64,000 bases of DNA from Candidatus Roizmanbacteria bacterium (GCA_038127095.1 JAYPGZ010000001.1:72205-136204); one strand, 5' to 3'; positions 38,214-47,820 are shown, counted from the first letter of the stretch. Notes: generated from the sequence alone by a model not told the origin. Made by a program: numbers and translations.

Positions 38214-40366
38214 GAAAAACAACCAAAAAACAAACCAATGGGAAACATCCGAACAAGGTACTTATTACGCTGGATCGCTTTAATGTGAGTCGAAAGCTAA
38301 AAGAAGAAGTAGAGCTTTTAAGTATTGAAAAGGCAAAGAAGGTATATGAACTTAACAAAGTCCTGAAGGAATACAAACTTTATGAAAAGAAAAATACGGG
38401 ACTGCAAAAAATTGAGGAACATTTCTTTAATGGAGAACCAAAACTGCACCAAAATGCACTCACCCTGGCACTTCGGGAAGAAATTGGGCGACTCATGGAT
38501 ATTATCAAGTCACAACAGGAGATGATTGCCAAAGAATCATTTGTGCAGAATGAATTACCACAAATACGCAAGCCTGAGTTTGTTGCAAGCAACAATCCGA
38601 TCAAGCTACTTCGCAATTACCGAGCATATAAAAAAGAATTGCAAGAATATCATCAGGCTATCCATGAATCAAATATAACTGATTTTCATTTTGTCCTTGA
38701 AAAAGATGAAAAAGGATTAGTCATTGAGCGAGATGGAACCAAGAAATACAAAGCAGACTATTTACAGGAAAAAAGTTCTCATTTGCAAGTCGGTGAAAAA
38801 GTCAGGCGATTCTACTATTTAGCTGATATTCCCGCTTACTTAAGTCCCTATGTGTTTTTTAGACTGCTAACTTCCAGTTTACCGTTTACCTTAAGCGTCT
38901 TTGTACAACCAACACCGAGTGGTGAACTTTTGAAAAAAGCCAGACAAAGACTCTCTGTCTTGGAAATGCAGCAAAACGATCGGTTGAAAGCTGGAAAACT
39001 CAGAGATCAACAGATTGATAAAAATATCGAGGAGGTTATGTCCTTTATTGATGAACTTGTGCATGAAGCCGAGAAAGGGATTGTGTATTCATTGTATTTA
39101 CAGCTTGAAGCTGACAGTGAAAAAAAACTCGCTGCGCTTCATAAGCAACTCCAAAACGTAACAAGTGCGATGGATATTACATTTAATCAATATACCTTCG
39201 GTCACAAGAGAGCATTCAAGAATTTCTTACCCTTTAATCAAGATCATGTCAAAGAAAATAGGATTTTGCAGTCAACGGCAGCTTCATACTTGATGCCGTT
39301 TGTGTCAAAACAGTTAAATGATCACAATGGTATTTTTATGGGTGTGAATGCATACAATAATAGCTTGGTGTTTATTGATCCATTTACCTCCCGAAACAAT
39401 AATATCAACATCTTTGGTGTCTCGGGGTCTGGTAAAAGTGTGACAGCTAAAACCTTGATGAACCGCCTCTATATGCGTGGTGTGCAAATCATTGTCATTG
39501 ATCCTGAAGGAGAATATATTGATCTTGCCAGATCTTTAGGAGGAGAAGTTATTCAATTTTCGAGAGAGAATGGGATTAACCCTTTTTATATCAATAGCTC
39601 TAATGAAAATGATATTTTAGATCATATCTCAACGCTTAAAACCTTCTTCAAATTCTTTATCCCCGAACACCACTACGATGGCGCACTTTTAGATGAAAAG
39701 CTCATTAAGCTCTATGACAGCTCATCGCCGTCATTTGAGAACTTACTGGAGCTTCTAGGTGATAGTCCCATGACACGAGATTTGAGTGTGTTATCAGATG
39801 GAAGTTTGCGGGGTGTATTTAACTCAACTCGACGACTTGAGCTCAATAACGACATCATTGTCCTTGATTTGCATGACCTGAAAAAAGATGAGAAACGAGA
39901 TCCTGCCATCTATCTTTTGACGTCGCTTATTTGGAACTTGGTTAATAAGGCAAATGGTAAGAAACGCATGCTCTTTATTGATGAAGCGCACAAGTTACTG
40001 GTTGATCCAGAGGTCGCTGTATTCTACCGAGAATTGGTCAAGCAGGCTCGTAAGCGCAATGTGGGAGTCGTGTCGATTACGCAGGATGTCGAAGACTTTT
40101 TGCATAATGAATATGGCAAAGCGATTATTACGAACTCTGAAACAAAAATTTTACTCAAGCAATCATATGCCACGCTTGATCAGATTGGCACGATTTACCC
40201 CATGACGGATGAGGAAAAACAGCAATTGGGACATTTGGAGATTGGAGAAGTAGTACTTTTCAGAGAAGGAGAACATATTCGACTCAATATCTTAGTATTA
40301 CAACATGAGCAAAACTTAGTATTTACCTCATTTAGTACTTCGCATGAGTCTGATCAGCAAAGTTAA
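38210..40366 (+). CDS. VirB4-like conjugative ATPase
   Basis: [37 protein letters not shown]. Confidence 0.92.
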   Translation: MRKTTKKQTNGKHPNKVLITLDRFNVSRKLKEEVELLSIEKAKKVYELNKVLKEYKLYEKKNTGLQKIEEHFFNGEPKLHQNALTLALREEIGRLMDIIKSQQEMIAKESFVQNELPQIRKPEFVASNNPIKLLRNYRAYKKELQEYHQAIHESNITDFHFVLEKDEKGLVIERDGTKKYKADYLQEKSSHLQVGEKVRRFYYLADIPAYLSPYVFFRLLTSSLPFTLSVFVQPTPSGELLKKARQRLSVLEMQQNDRLKAGKLRDQQIDKNIEEVMSFIDELVHEAEKGIVYSLYLQLEADSEKKLAALHKQLQNVTSAMDITFNQYTFGHKRAFKNFLPFNQDHVKENRILQSTAASYLMPFVSKQLNDHNGIFMGVNAYNNSLVFIDPFTSRNNNINIFGVSGSGKSVTAKTLMNRLYMRGVQIIVIDPEGEYIDLARSLGGEVIQFSRENGINPFYINSSNENDILDHISTLKTFFKFFIPEHHYDGALLDEKLIKLYDSSSPSFENLLELLGDSPMTRDLSVLSDGSLRGVFNSTRRLELNNDIIVLDLHDLKKDEKRDPAIYLLTSLIWNLVNKANGKKRMLFIDEAHKLLVDPEVAVFYRELVKQARKRNVGVVSITQDVEDFLHNEYGKAIITNSETKILLKQSYATLDQIGTIYPMTDEEKQQLGHLEIGEVVLFREGEHIRLNILVLQHEQNLVFTSFSTSHESDQQS

Positions 40367-41111
40367 GACGGCTCATGCGTTTAAAAATGATCCGTTTGGC
40401 TTTATAGCTGATCTGGTCATTACCGTTATTGCCAACCTCGTTATTCCCATTCCTTTAGCTGGAGAAGCCCTGAAAGCATTTAAAGGTCCCATCTTGTGGC
40501 TCCTTGGCTCATTCATCCTCCTTGGGATATTTATGCTGATTGTCATCGGAACCGTTGTCTTTTCTCCCGTGATTGTCAGTACTACCTTTTTTGATCGTAT
40601 TGCTACACTTGGAACTCCAGGTTCGCTTAATGTTTCATATGATGGCACATTTGCCGAGACCTCTATCCCATATCAAAATCCACTTGGTGGAACTGGCATG
40701 ACCTATACCTCAGTTACTGCATACTTTCATGACCCTGCCTACTTTCTGCAATTTGGCAGGATTCATAACGGAATAGATTTAGTTCCAACCGACACATATT
40801 ACAAAAATAGCAAAACATATCAGGAAGTACATCAAGTGATCGCGTTTTCAACTATTAATGGCAACGCACGATCATATATTGATGAGTTTGGATCACAAAC
40901 GGTGGAAGTTACGAATGATGATAGTACCTTACAAGCTGTCTTTATGCATTTTAAGCAGATATTAGTAAATGATGGAGAAATCAAGGCAGGAACACCACTA
41001 GGCGTTATGGGGAAAACAGGGCTCGCGACTGGAGAACACGTACATTATGAAATACGAGTTAAAAGTGGTTCAAACTGGACACCGGTTAACGCATTAAGTT
41101 ATATACAATAA
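40344..41111 (+). CDS. M23 peptidase (cell-wall hydrolase of transfer system)
   Basis: N-terminal TMs, HNGID, MH, GKTG.ATGEHVHYE. Confidence 0.88.
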   Translation: MSLISKVKTAHAFKNDPFGFIADLVITVIANLVIPIPLAGEALKAFKGPILWLLGSFILLGIFMLIVIGTVVFSPVIVSTTFFDRIATLGTPGSLNVSYDGTFAETSIPYQNPLGGTGMTYTSVTAYFHDPAYFLQFGRIHNGIDLVPTDTYYKNSKTYQEVHQVIAFSTINGNARSYIDEFGSQTVEVTNDDSTLQAVFMHFKQILVNDGEIKAGTPLGVMGKTGLATGEHVHYEIRVKSGSNWTPVNALSYIQ

Positions 41112-41115
41112 CAGT

Positions 41116-41868
41116 ATGAAAGATATTGCAGTTAATCCATTAACACAAGGACAACGAAGAATACTTCAATTAGGAGTAGTATTTTTACTGTGTATCTTTC
41201 TCATTGGATACTTTTTTATGATGAGTCGGACCAAAAATACCACGGTGTATTTGCAAAATGAAACTCTACAAGTATTTGATGAAACTATACCGTTTGCCTA
41301 TCCGGACAAATTGGAGCTGCACTTTCCCTACTTACTTGTTGTTAAGCCAGAAGAGCACAAGACACTTGTATATGATCTACAAGAGAAACAAAAAAAAGAA
41401 GAGGTTCAACATGTAATCTTAGACTACGCACAGGAACAGTCCTTATATAACGAAGGGGCCAGTTCATTTCTTAAGGGAGTGAGTTTAAAGGCTTTATGTG
41501 TAGAAGGAATTATTAAATCAAAGAGTGAGATTTTATGTGTCTCAGACAACAAGCTTTTAAGTGTTGATCCTATTTCTAAAAGACAAAGAATACTATATAT
41601 ATCGAGATATATCATTACTGACTTGAATTTGATTGGTGGCAAATATTACTTAGGAGAAATCGATCCTGGAACAAAGAAGAGTTACATTGTTACTGGGGGA
41701 AAACAAATAACCGTACCAAATGTTGTGAGTGTGATCTATGAACTCAATGGGAAACCATACTTTGTATCGCTAAAAGGCGCATTGAATCCTAACAAGGAAG
41801 AGTTTTATGAAATAGAACAGAACAATGCTGTATTGCGAGGAGAAAATAAAATCATGCTTTACGAATAA
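41116..41868 (+). CDS. Hypothetical membrane-anchored protein
   Basis: Single N-terminal TM then beta-rich region; end of transfer operon. Confidence 0.7.
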   Translation: MKDIAVNPLTQGQRRILQLGVVFLLCIFLIGYFFMMSRTKNTTVYLQNETLQVFDETIPFAYPDKLELHFPYLLVVKPEEHKTLVYDLQEKQKKEEVQHVILDYAQEQSLYNEGASSFLKGVSLKALCVEGIIKSKSEILCVSDNKLLSVDPISKRQRILYISRYIITDLNLIGGKYYLGEIDPGTKKSYIVTGGKQITVPNVVSVIYELNGKPYFVSLKGALNPNKEEFYEIEQNNAVLRGENKIMLYE

Positions 41869-41997
41869 TATGATTGCTAAACTGGTAGATAAAATTAAGG
41901 GAATCTTGAGGACTATTTTTCCTCGAAAGGGAGATATTGAGTGGAAGGAAATTAGTGGAATGGTGCGAGAGAAGAAATCAAAGAACTAAAATTATAT

Positions 41998-43446
41998 TTA
42001 TTCCACTACTCTAAATAAAGAGTTTATTTTACTAAATGAGAGCCCTGGATAATTCCATTTGAATCCATACGGGAAAAGGAAGCTTATCAAATCTTTCTTT
42101 TGACTAACTTCGCTATTTCTATATGTATTTTCAAGCTCCGTCATAGATTTTGTAATATATTCACTGGCGCGTTCTATAGTATATCGTTGTAAACGATCAT
42201 TGTTTGTAATTACCTTAATAGCTTTAATATTGTCATCAAGTTGCTCACATTGTTCCCTGAATATTTCATCAGAATAGATACCTGATAAATGTTTTTGAAT
42301 AAGGCTTCTTTTTAACTCGTGAAGCTTTTCAAGATGTCGCTTACTATTCATTCTTTTCTTGTCGATAATTGAAAATCTTTTCATATATTCATTTTTTACA
42401 AGTTGCAAAAAGATTTCCTTTCCATAAGAAGTAATAGTGATTGTCTCTAAAAGGTCTAGGAGCGCTTGATGAATGTGTTTTATTGGTATGTTAGCAGATC
42501 GACATATTTTAGCTTGACGACAGAAATAATAAGCATATCGGCTATTTCTTCCACTGCTCCAAGCACCCGTAAAGAGAGTTTCACATTTACCACACGTAAG
42601 TAACCTTCTTAAAGGAAAGTCTGGATTCAGTTGATTCCTGCGAAATAAAAATGGGTGTTTTGGTCTTCTATTATCAAGAATTACCTGAACCTTATTAAAT
42701 TGCTCCCTTGTAATCATAGGTACGTGTTGGCCTTGGACTTCCTCTTGATATGTCGGAGAATAGAGAACGCCCATATAAAACTTCGAATGAAATATTCTAC
42801 TTATGGTTTGTGGTCGTGTTGGTATTCCCCAGTCATTCATAATAGAAGTAATTTCTCGAAGAGATTTTGTTCCTGTTGACATCAAATCCCAAATTTTCTT
42901 CACCTTTTCAAAGGTTTTCTCATCTTTGAGCACAACTCCATCAAGACTTAGATAGCCAATAGGCGGATGCCCACTATACAGTCCCAATTTAAAACGTGCC
43001 CGCATTCCATTTCGCGCACGCTCACTACGAACATCATTATCAAGCTGAGCAATTTGAGCAAAGAAATTTCCAAGAAACTTACCCATTGGGGTATCATCCG
43101 TGGGTTCTGTAGCTGATATAAGTTTTATGCCAAGATTGCTAAGTTTTTGTTGAATCACTAAATAATCAAAAATCTGCCGTGATAAACGATCAGTTTTATA
43201 GATAATAACTGCCCCAACTTCTTTCTTGTTTTTTTGACAATATCCTAAAAGCTCAATAAGAATAGATCTTCCCGTAATAGTTTTAGCCGATCTCCCTTCT
43301 TCACGAAATACTTTATCTACAACATACCCTCGATATTGTGCTTCTCTCATGCAAATTTCTTCCTGAGTTTTTAGAGAAAAGTTTTCTACTTGTTCTTCTG
43401 TTGAAACTCGTAGATATAAAATGGCTTTTTTTAACGGTTCATTCAT
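41998..43446 (-). CDS. Second large serine recombinase
   Basis: YLRVSTEEQ, DRLSR, PPIGY, zinc ribbon CGKC...YYFC...C. Confidence 0.93.
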   Translation of the reverse strand: MNEPLKKAILYLRVSTEEQVENFSLKTQEEICMREAQYRGYVVDKVFREEGRSAKTITGRSILIELLGYCQKNKKEVGAVIIYKTDRLSRQIFDYLVIQQKLSNLGIKLISATEPTDDTPMGKFLGNFFAQIAQLDNDVRSERARNGMRARFKLGLYSGHPPIGYLSLDGVVLKDEKTFEKVKKIWDLMSTGTKSLREITSIMNDWGIPTRPQTISRIFHSKFYMGVLYSPTYQEEVQGQHVPMITREQFNKVQVILDNRRPKHPFLFRRNQLNPDFPLRRLLTCGKCETLFTGAWSSGRNSRYAYYFCRQAKICRSANIPIKHIHQALLDLLETITITSYGKEIFLQLVKNEYMKRFSIIDKKRMNSKRHLEKLHELKRSLIQKHLSGIYSDEIFREQCEQLDDNIKAIKVITNNDRLQRYTIERASEYITKSMTELENTYRNSEVSQKKDLISFLFPYGFKWNYPGLSFSKINSLFRVVE

Positions 43447-43625
43447 AATAAATCGCTTTGTAATAGCTCATCTAATGTCTTCCCATCAAAGATGCTTCTT
43501 TCAAATGAATCGAGCCACTGCGTAATTAACTGCTCGATCTTAATTTGAATATCTTCTTGATCTTCATTATTTAGGTGAGTATCGAGTTTGCTGGTTATTG
43601 TTTTAGTCTCTTCTAGCCTGTTCAT
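43443..43625 (-). CDS. Small hypothetical protein
   Basis: 60 aa (WLDSFERSIFDGKTLDELL); ATGA overlap with recombinase 2. Confidence 0.65.
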   Translation of the reverse strand: MNRLEETKTITSKLDTHLNNEDQEDIQIKIEQLITQWLDSFERSIFDGKTLDELLQSDLL

Positions 43626-43634
43626 ATATATAGG

Positions 43635-44105
43635 TTACTTTTTAAAGCTTAAGAAGCGTAGTATTTCATGGCTCATTTTTTTACTTTCAATTCTCCTCAT
43701 AATTTCTCTGCTACTATTTTGAGAAAGTATATTCAGACTGCCTTCCCAAATAATTTTTCTATCAATAATAGCAAGTTTTCGGTGAAAATTGCCCTTAAGC
43801 ATTGTTATTTTAACTCCAAGTTCATAGCAGGCAAGTATTTCATTAGTTGCTTGGTATTTAAGAAATTCATCATGCTCGGCAGGATCTCTAGTAATAATAT
43901 GAATTTTTACCTTTCTATCTAATAGGCCTTTAAATATAGGGATTAACATCTCCACTCTTGAGCTTGTTATGAAAGGACATTCGATAATAACCTCGGTCTT
44001 ACTTCTTTTCAGGTCATGAATAAACGCTTGATAGAAGGTATGCTCATCGTGTAAAATAGAGGTGGCCAAATCGGGTTGTGGTGTCAACCATTTTAACCAG
44101 TTCAT
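43635..44105 (-). CDS. Phospholipase D-family (single HKD) nuclease-like protein
   Basis: IIECPFIT, HRKLAIIDRKIIWEGSLN; SD AAGGAGGTG. Confidence 0.88.
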   Translation of the reverse strand: MNWLKWLTPQPDLATSILHDEHTFYQAFIHDLKRSKTEVIIECPFITSSRVEMLIPIFKGLLDRKVKIHIITRDPAEHDEFLKYQATNEILACYELGVKITMLKGNFHRKLAIIDRKIIWEGSLNILSQNSSREIMRRIESKKMSHEILRFLSFKK

Positions 44106-44215
44106 TGTTCCACCTCCTTTTTAAAGTGTTTGATGGCAATAAGGAGAGAAGCTTTTTCTTTTGGGTCAATTTGAGAGGTTAAATAGGTACGAACATCGTC
44201 CCAGATGGTGCACCA
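44102..44215 (-). other. Orphan 3' end of integrase 1 (WCTIWDDVRTYLTSQIDPKEKASLLIAIKHFKKEVEQ*)
   Basis: In frame with integrase ..SSVWC across the att core; its TGA overlaps the PLD ATG. Confidence 0.75.
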
Positions 44216-44216
44216 T
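44210..44216 (+). repeat. attR core GCACCAT within palindrome ATGGTGCACCAT (44205-44216)
   Basis: Direct repeat of the tRNA-Leu 3' end; host-like genes resume after it. Confidence 0.8.
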
Positions 44217-44257
44217 TGTTTGCTTTCTATAATCCTATAGGGTATAATTTCACTCTT

Positions 44258-45934
44258 ATGTTATCCAAAGAAAATATCAGTTGTCATCCTGCTGTGGCTA
44301 GAAGACTTTTAAAGGCAACAATGCTTTCGACATCCATTTTTACCTCTATGCTTTCAGACGGATCGGCTCGTGGGCAGGAGCCGTTGCCCCAGACGCCTAA
44401 GCGACCATTGTATGTGGTTGGCGATGATACTGCTTCATTTGAATCTACTGGATGCGATCGACTTGTGGCTCGTAGGGCAGGAGATACCCCACCCGATCAG
44501 ACCATTGACGTACAAGGACAATTTTTTGTTTCGGGCGGACATACTGATTTAATAAGAGTTGCTCAAACATCTGAAGAAAATGCGTTTCTTGGTGTGCAGG
44601 GAGTTGCAAATGCACGTCGTAATGTGCTTCCTTTGTTCGAACTGACAGAATCACAAAATCAAGCAGGTGAACAAGTTGATTTACAACAATATTTTATCGA
44701 TCTTGAAGATCACCGATTACCATATGGTGGAGGAGCGGCAGTAATAAAAGGAAATGAAACTGCTGAAGGAAGCGTTTTTCTTCTGGCCACTGTTAGAAAA
44801 GAATCATTTGAAGGACATTTACCTAAAAATGAGCCCGTCGATAATGTATGTGATGCACCTGTGTATGAATTAACATTCTTCCAGAAAGTAACAAGTCCAG
44901 ATACTGGGAAACCTGAATTGCTTGAAGTTGGACGCATGCCAACCGAATTTGGATTACTTGGCAAAATGCAATATGATCCTGATACCAAACAACTCGTCGG
45001 GTTATCGCATAAACGACGAAGTGGAAATGGCACAACATGTGATGATGGAATGTTATTTGTACAGTATCAAATTACTGAGAATAATGGGCAGTATGCACTG
45101 AATGAGCGGCTTTCGGTTCAACTTAATTTAGACGCAGATGCATATACAGGGGTTTCTGATGTTCGTGTGACCGCACTTAATCAAGTCGCACACGACCGAT
45201 TCATTGTTGCAAATGGAACTGCTAAAGCGGTACTGATTAATAGTCAATCGGGCGAACAAAAGATACTGACGTTATCGAATGGATCTAATATACGTGCTAT
45301 TGTGTATGATCCAAGCACAAAAATATATATAGTTTCGGGTGACACTTCCGTAGCAACAGCAAGACTAAACGGAACAGTACTTGAAAAAATTGATGAAGTT
45401 TCAACAAGTCCAACAGCTCCACAAACTGAAATAGTCGGAACAGGTGCACTTGCAGTGGTAGACGAAAAAACAATTGTAGCACCAGCCTCGGTTGGATTTG
45501 CAGATTTTGTTGAAGCTCGGTACGATGAGAACGGTAAATTTATCAGCTCTACATTTCAAATAGTTTGTAATAAAACAGTTGGTGATAATCCTGGGCTAAG
45601 TTTGCCAGCTTATGTGGCTTCAACGTACCAACGCGAATTTATTGGAGCAACACCTACCCCAGTAGCTACTGAAACTGGGACTGCAACACGCACTGATACA
45701 CCTGAACCGACACGGACAGCTACCCCAACGGCAACAGCAACAGTTACCCCCAGACCAACAGCTACTCGTTGGCCGCCTGCTACCAGGTTTCCGGAAGATA
45801 CTCCAACCAGACCAGCTCGTAGTGCCACACCTACGCGTACTGTGCGTTCTGATGCTACCCGAACTCCACACAGTCCATTTATAAAAAATTATATTCCAAT
45901 TGCGGTGCGATCTGCTCGAAATGGCCGACGATAA
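44258..45934 (+). CDS. Putative secreted/surface protein with Thr/Pro-rich tail
   Basis: Signal-like N-terminus, beta-rich body, TPT/TAT low-complexity linker, C-terminal YIPIAVR; TATAAT before ATG 44258. Confidence 0.75.
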   Translation: MLSKENISCHPAVARRLLKATMLSTSIFTSMLSDGSARGQEPLPQTPKRPLYVVGDDTASFESTGCDRLVARRAGDTPPDQTIDVQGQFFVSGGHTDLIRVAQTSEENAFLGVQGVANARRNVLPLFELTESQNQAGEQVDLQQYFIDLEDHRLPYGGGAAVIKGNETAEGSVFLLATVRKESFEGHLPKNEPVDNVCDAPVYELTFFQKVTSPDTGKPELLEVGRMPTEFGLLGKMQYDPDTKQLVGLSHKRRSGNGTTCDDGMLFVQYQITENNGQYALNERLSVQLNLDADAYTGVSDVRVTALNQVAHDRFIVANGTAKAVLINSQSGEQKILTLSNGSNIRAIVYDPSTKIYIVSGDTSVATARLNGTVLEKIDEVSTSPTAPQTEIVGTGALAVVDEKTIVAPASVGFADFVEARYDENGKFISSTFQIVCNKTVGDNPGLSLPAYVASTYQREFIGATPTPVATETGTATRTDTPEPTRTATPTATATVTPRPTATRWPPATRFPEDTPTRPARSATPTRTVRSDATRTPHSPFIKNYIPIAVRSARNGRR

Positions 45935-45951
45935 TGCTATAATATAGTATT

Positions 45952-46025
45952 GGTCGCTTAGCTCAGTTGGTTAGAGCACTGCGTTTACATCGCAGGTGTC
46001 AGGGGTTCGAGTCCCTTAGCGACCA
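45952..46025 (+). tRNA. tRNA-Val(TAC)
   Basis: GGTCGCT/AGCGACC acceptor, anticodon arm CTGCG-TTTACAT-CGCAG, T-loop TTCGAGT. Confidence 0.95.
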
Positions 46026-46026
46026 C

Positions 46027-46470
46027 ATGAAGCAAAAGATTGTAGTAATTTCTCTTGTTATACTTCTTTTAGGTTCGATTTATACTCATCGTTCGCCCCA
46101 ACAGTTTGCAGATTATCCTCGTAAACAAGCCTGGTTGCAATTACAACCGCTAACTCTTATAGTAGCCAATACAGAACAACGTAAGATAACTGGATTATCA
46201 GGTAGCAAACCACTCAAAGATACCGAAGGAATGTTATTCCAGTTCACTGCCCCGGGTCGCTATGGATTTTGGATGAAAGATATGTATTACTCTCTCGACA
46301 TGATTTATCTGCGTAATAATGTTGTTGTAGAGGTTAAAAAAAATGTTTCACCAGAAACTTTTCCCGACGTAATTGTGCCAGCAAATGAATTTAATGCGGT
46401 TATTGAAGTTGTTGCTGGAATGGTGGATAAAAATAACATTCGCATTGGCGATAAATTAGTATATAATTAA
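46027..46470 (+). CDS. DUF192 family protein
   Basis: GLSG....EGMLF, FWMKDMYYSLDMIY, VIEVVAG; start corrected to ATG after the tRNA. Confidence 0.88.
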   Translation: MKQKIVVISLVILLLGSIYTHRSPQQFADYPRKQAWLQLQPLTLIVANTEQRKITGLSGSKPLKDTEGMLFQFTAPGRYGFWMKDMYYSLDMIYLRNNVVVEVKKNVSPETFPDVIVPANEFNAVIEVVAGMVDKNNIRIGDKLVYN

Positions 46471-46493
46471 TTGTTCTTACAAAGAACATACCT

Positions 46494-47117
46494 ATGCATT
46501 TTGATTTACAAGCAATTTTGCCAACAATTGGCTATATAGGAATATTTGCAATTATATTTGCTGAATCAGGTTTATTTTTTGGATTCTTCTTGCCAGGTGA
46601 TAGCTTGCTTTTTACCGCAGGATTCTTAGCTTCCCAAGGAATATTTGATATTCATATTTTAGCAGTAGTATGTTTCATAGCAGCGGTTCTAGGTGATAGT
46701 ATTGGATACGCATTTGGTACCCGAGTTGGAAGGAAATTGTTTTACAAAACCGATTCTTTTTTCTTTCACAAAGATAATTTAGAGCGAGCAAATATTTTTT
46801 ATAAAAAACATGGTAAAAAAACCATTATTTTAGCTCGTTTTATGCCTATTATTCGTACTTTTGCACCAATTGTTGCAGGCATCGGTGAAATGGATTACAG
46901 AACGTTTATTAGCTACAACATTATTGGAGGAGTTTTATGGGCAATGGGTCTTACATACGGAGGCTATTTCCTTGGAAGTCTTATTCCTAATGTAGATAAG
47001 TACCTGCTTCCAATTATTATTGCGATTGTATTTCTTTCAATTTCCCCTGGAATATATCATGTTCTCAAAGACCCAGATAGTAGAAAAAAAATTCTTTCAT
47101 TTCTTCTTAGGAAATAA
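46494..47117 (+). CDS. DedA/VTT family membrane protein
   Basis: FAESGLFFGFFLPGDSLLFTAG, ARFMPIIRTFAP. Confidence 0.95.
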   Translation: MHFDLQAILPTIGYIGIFAIIFAESGLFFGFFLPGDSLLFTAGFLASQGIFDIHILAVVCFIAAVLGDSIGYAFGTRVGRKLFYKTDSFFFHKDNLERANIFYKKHGKKTIILARFMPIIRTFAPIVAGIGEMDYRTFISYNIIGGVLWAMGLTYGGYFLGSLIPNVDKYLLPIIIAIVFLSISPGIYHVLKDPDSRKKILSFLLRK

Positions 47118-47155
47118 TACTTGCAGATTTAGTGGCGAAAGTTTATAATGCCGAC

Positions 47156-47545
47156 ATGTTAAAAGAATTAGGTATGACTGCTCTTCTAGCGGTAAGCACT
47201 GCTGGATGTACCCCAGTTCAAGGGCCGCCTTCACCTTATAATCCCCGTCCCGATTATACAATTGGTTGTGATCAGCAATTAAGCTTTGAACTTGATCCGT
47301 ATGAACATGGAACAGTCGTGAAGTTTAATGGAAATCCACGATTTGTGGAAATAGGTGAGTTAGATATGGGGGAGGTGCCCGCGGATGTATATGCAGGAGG
47401 ACATGATCCACAAGTTACGATTGTTTTTGATAGCGACCATAAAACTGAAGAACTTAAAGTTGGAACTGGTGATAAGGTAATTATTGATGTGGAAACGAGA
47501 TTATATAGTGCAACAAAAATTCAACTTGTTCGATTTTGTGAATAA
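47156..47545 (+). CDS. Hypothetical lipoprotein
   Basis: Lipobox-like LLAVSTAGC; TATAAT before ATG 47156. Confidence 0.6.
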   Translation: MLKELGMTALLAVSTAGCTPVQGPPSPYNPRPDYTIGCDQQLSFELDPYEHGTVVKFNGNPRFVEIGELDMGEVPADVYAGGHDPQVTIVFDSDHKTEELKVGTGDKVIIDVETRLYSATKIQLVRFCE

Positions 47546-47614
47546 TGAACTTCTTCTGAACGTATTCACACCTTCCCTGCCGTAGTTTTTGCTATAATAC
47601 ATAGGTAATTGTAT

Positions 47615-47701
47615 GCCGGGGTGGTGGAATGGTAGACACGCAGGACTTAAAATCCTGTGACCTCAACAGTCGTGAGGGTTCGATCCCCTCCCCCGGCACC
47701 A
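47615..47701 (+). tRNA. tRNA-Leu(TAA)
   Basis: GCCGGGG/CCCCGGC, anticodon arm CAGGA-CTTAAAA-TCCTG, long variable arm, CCA. Confidence 0.95.
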
Positions 47702-47710
47702 ATCTGTTTT

Positions 47711-47785
47711 GCCGACTTAGCTCAGTGGTAGAGCAATGCTTTTGTAAAGCATGGGTCCGGGGTTCAAATCCCCGAGTCGGCTCCA
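47711..47785 (+). tRNA. tRNA-Thr(TGT)
   Basis: GCCGACT/AGTCGGC, anticodon arm ATGCT-TTTGTAA-AGCAT, CCA. Confidence 0.95.
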
Positions 47786-47820
47786 CTTCTGAGGAGGGTA
47801 AGCCCTTATAAGCACACCAT

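Larger units (their letters stand above)
6851..44216. mobile_element. Integrative conjugative element (~37.4 kb) in tRNA-Leu(GAG)
   Basis: Flanked by GCACCAT repeats and host genes; two large serine recombinases, VirD4/VirB4/VirB6/VirB2-like genes, relaxase-like gene, RadC, R-M and DGR cargo. Confidence 0.88.

Noticed and set aside
45640-45870. Tandem repeat or array
   Set aside because: Low-complexity Thr/Pro/Arg coding with no fixed DNA repeat unit
47695-47701. tRNA-Leu(TAA) 3' end (GGCACCA) as the right boundary of the element
   Set aside because: Host-type genes and tRNA-Val lie before it, and only the 44210 site restores the integrase frame
47592-47811. Two small ORFs on opposite strands
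   Set aside because: They coincide with tRNA-Leu and tRNA-Thr
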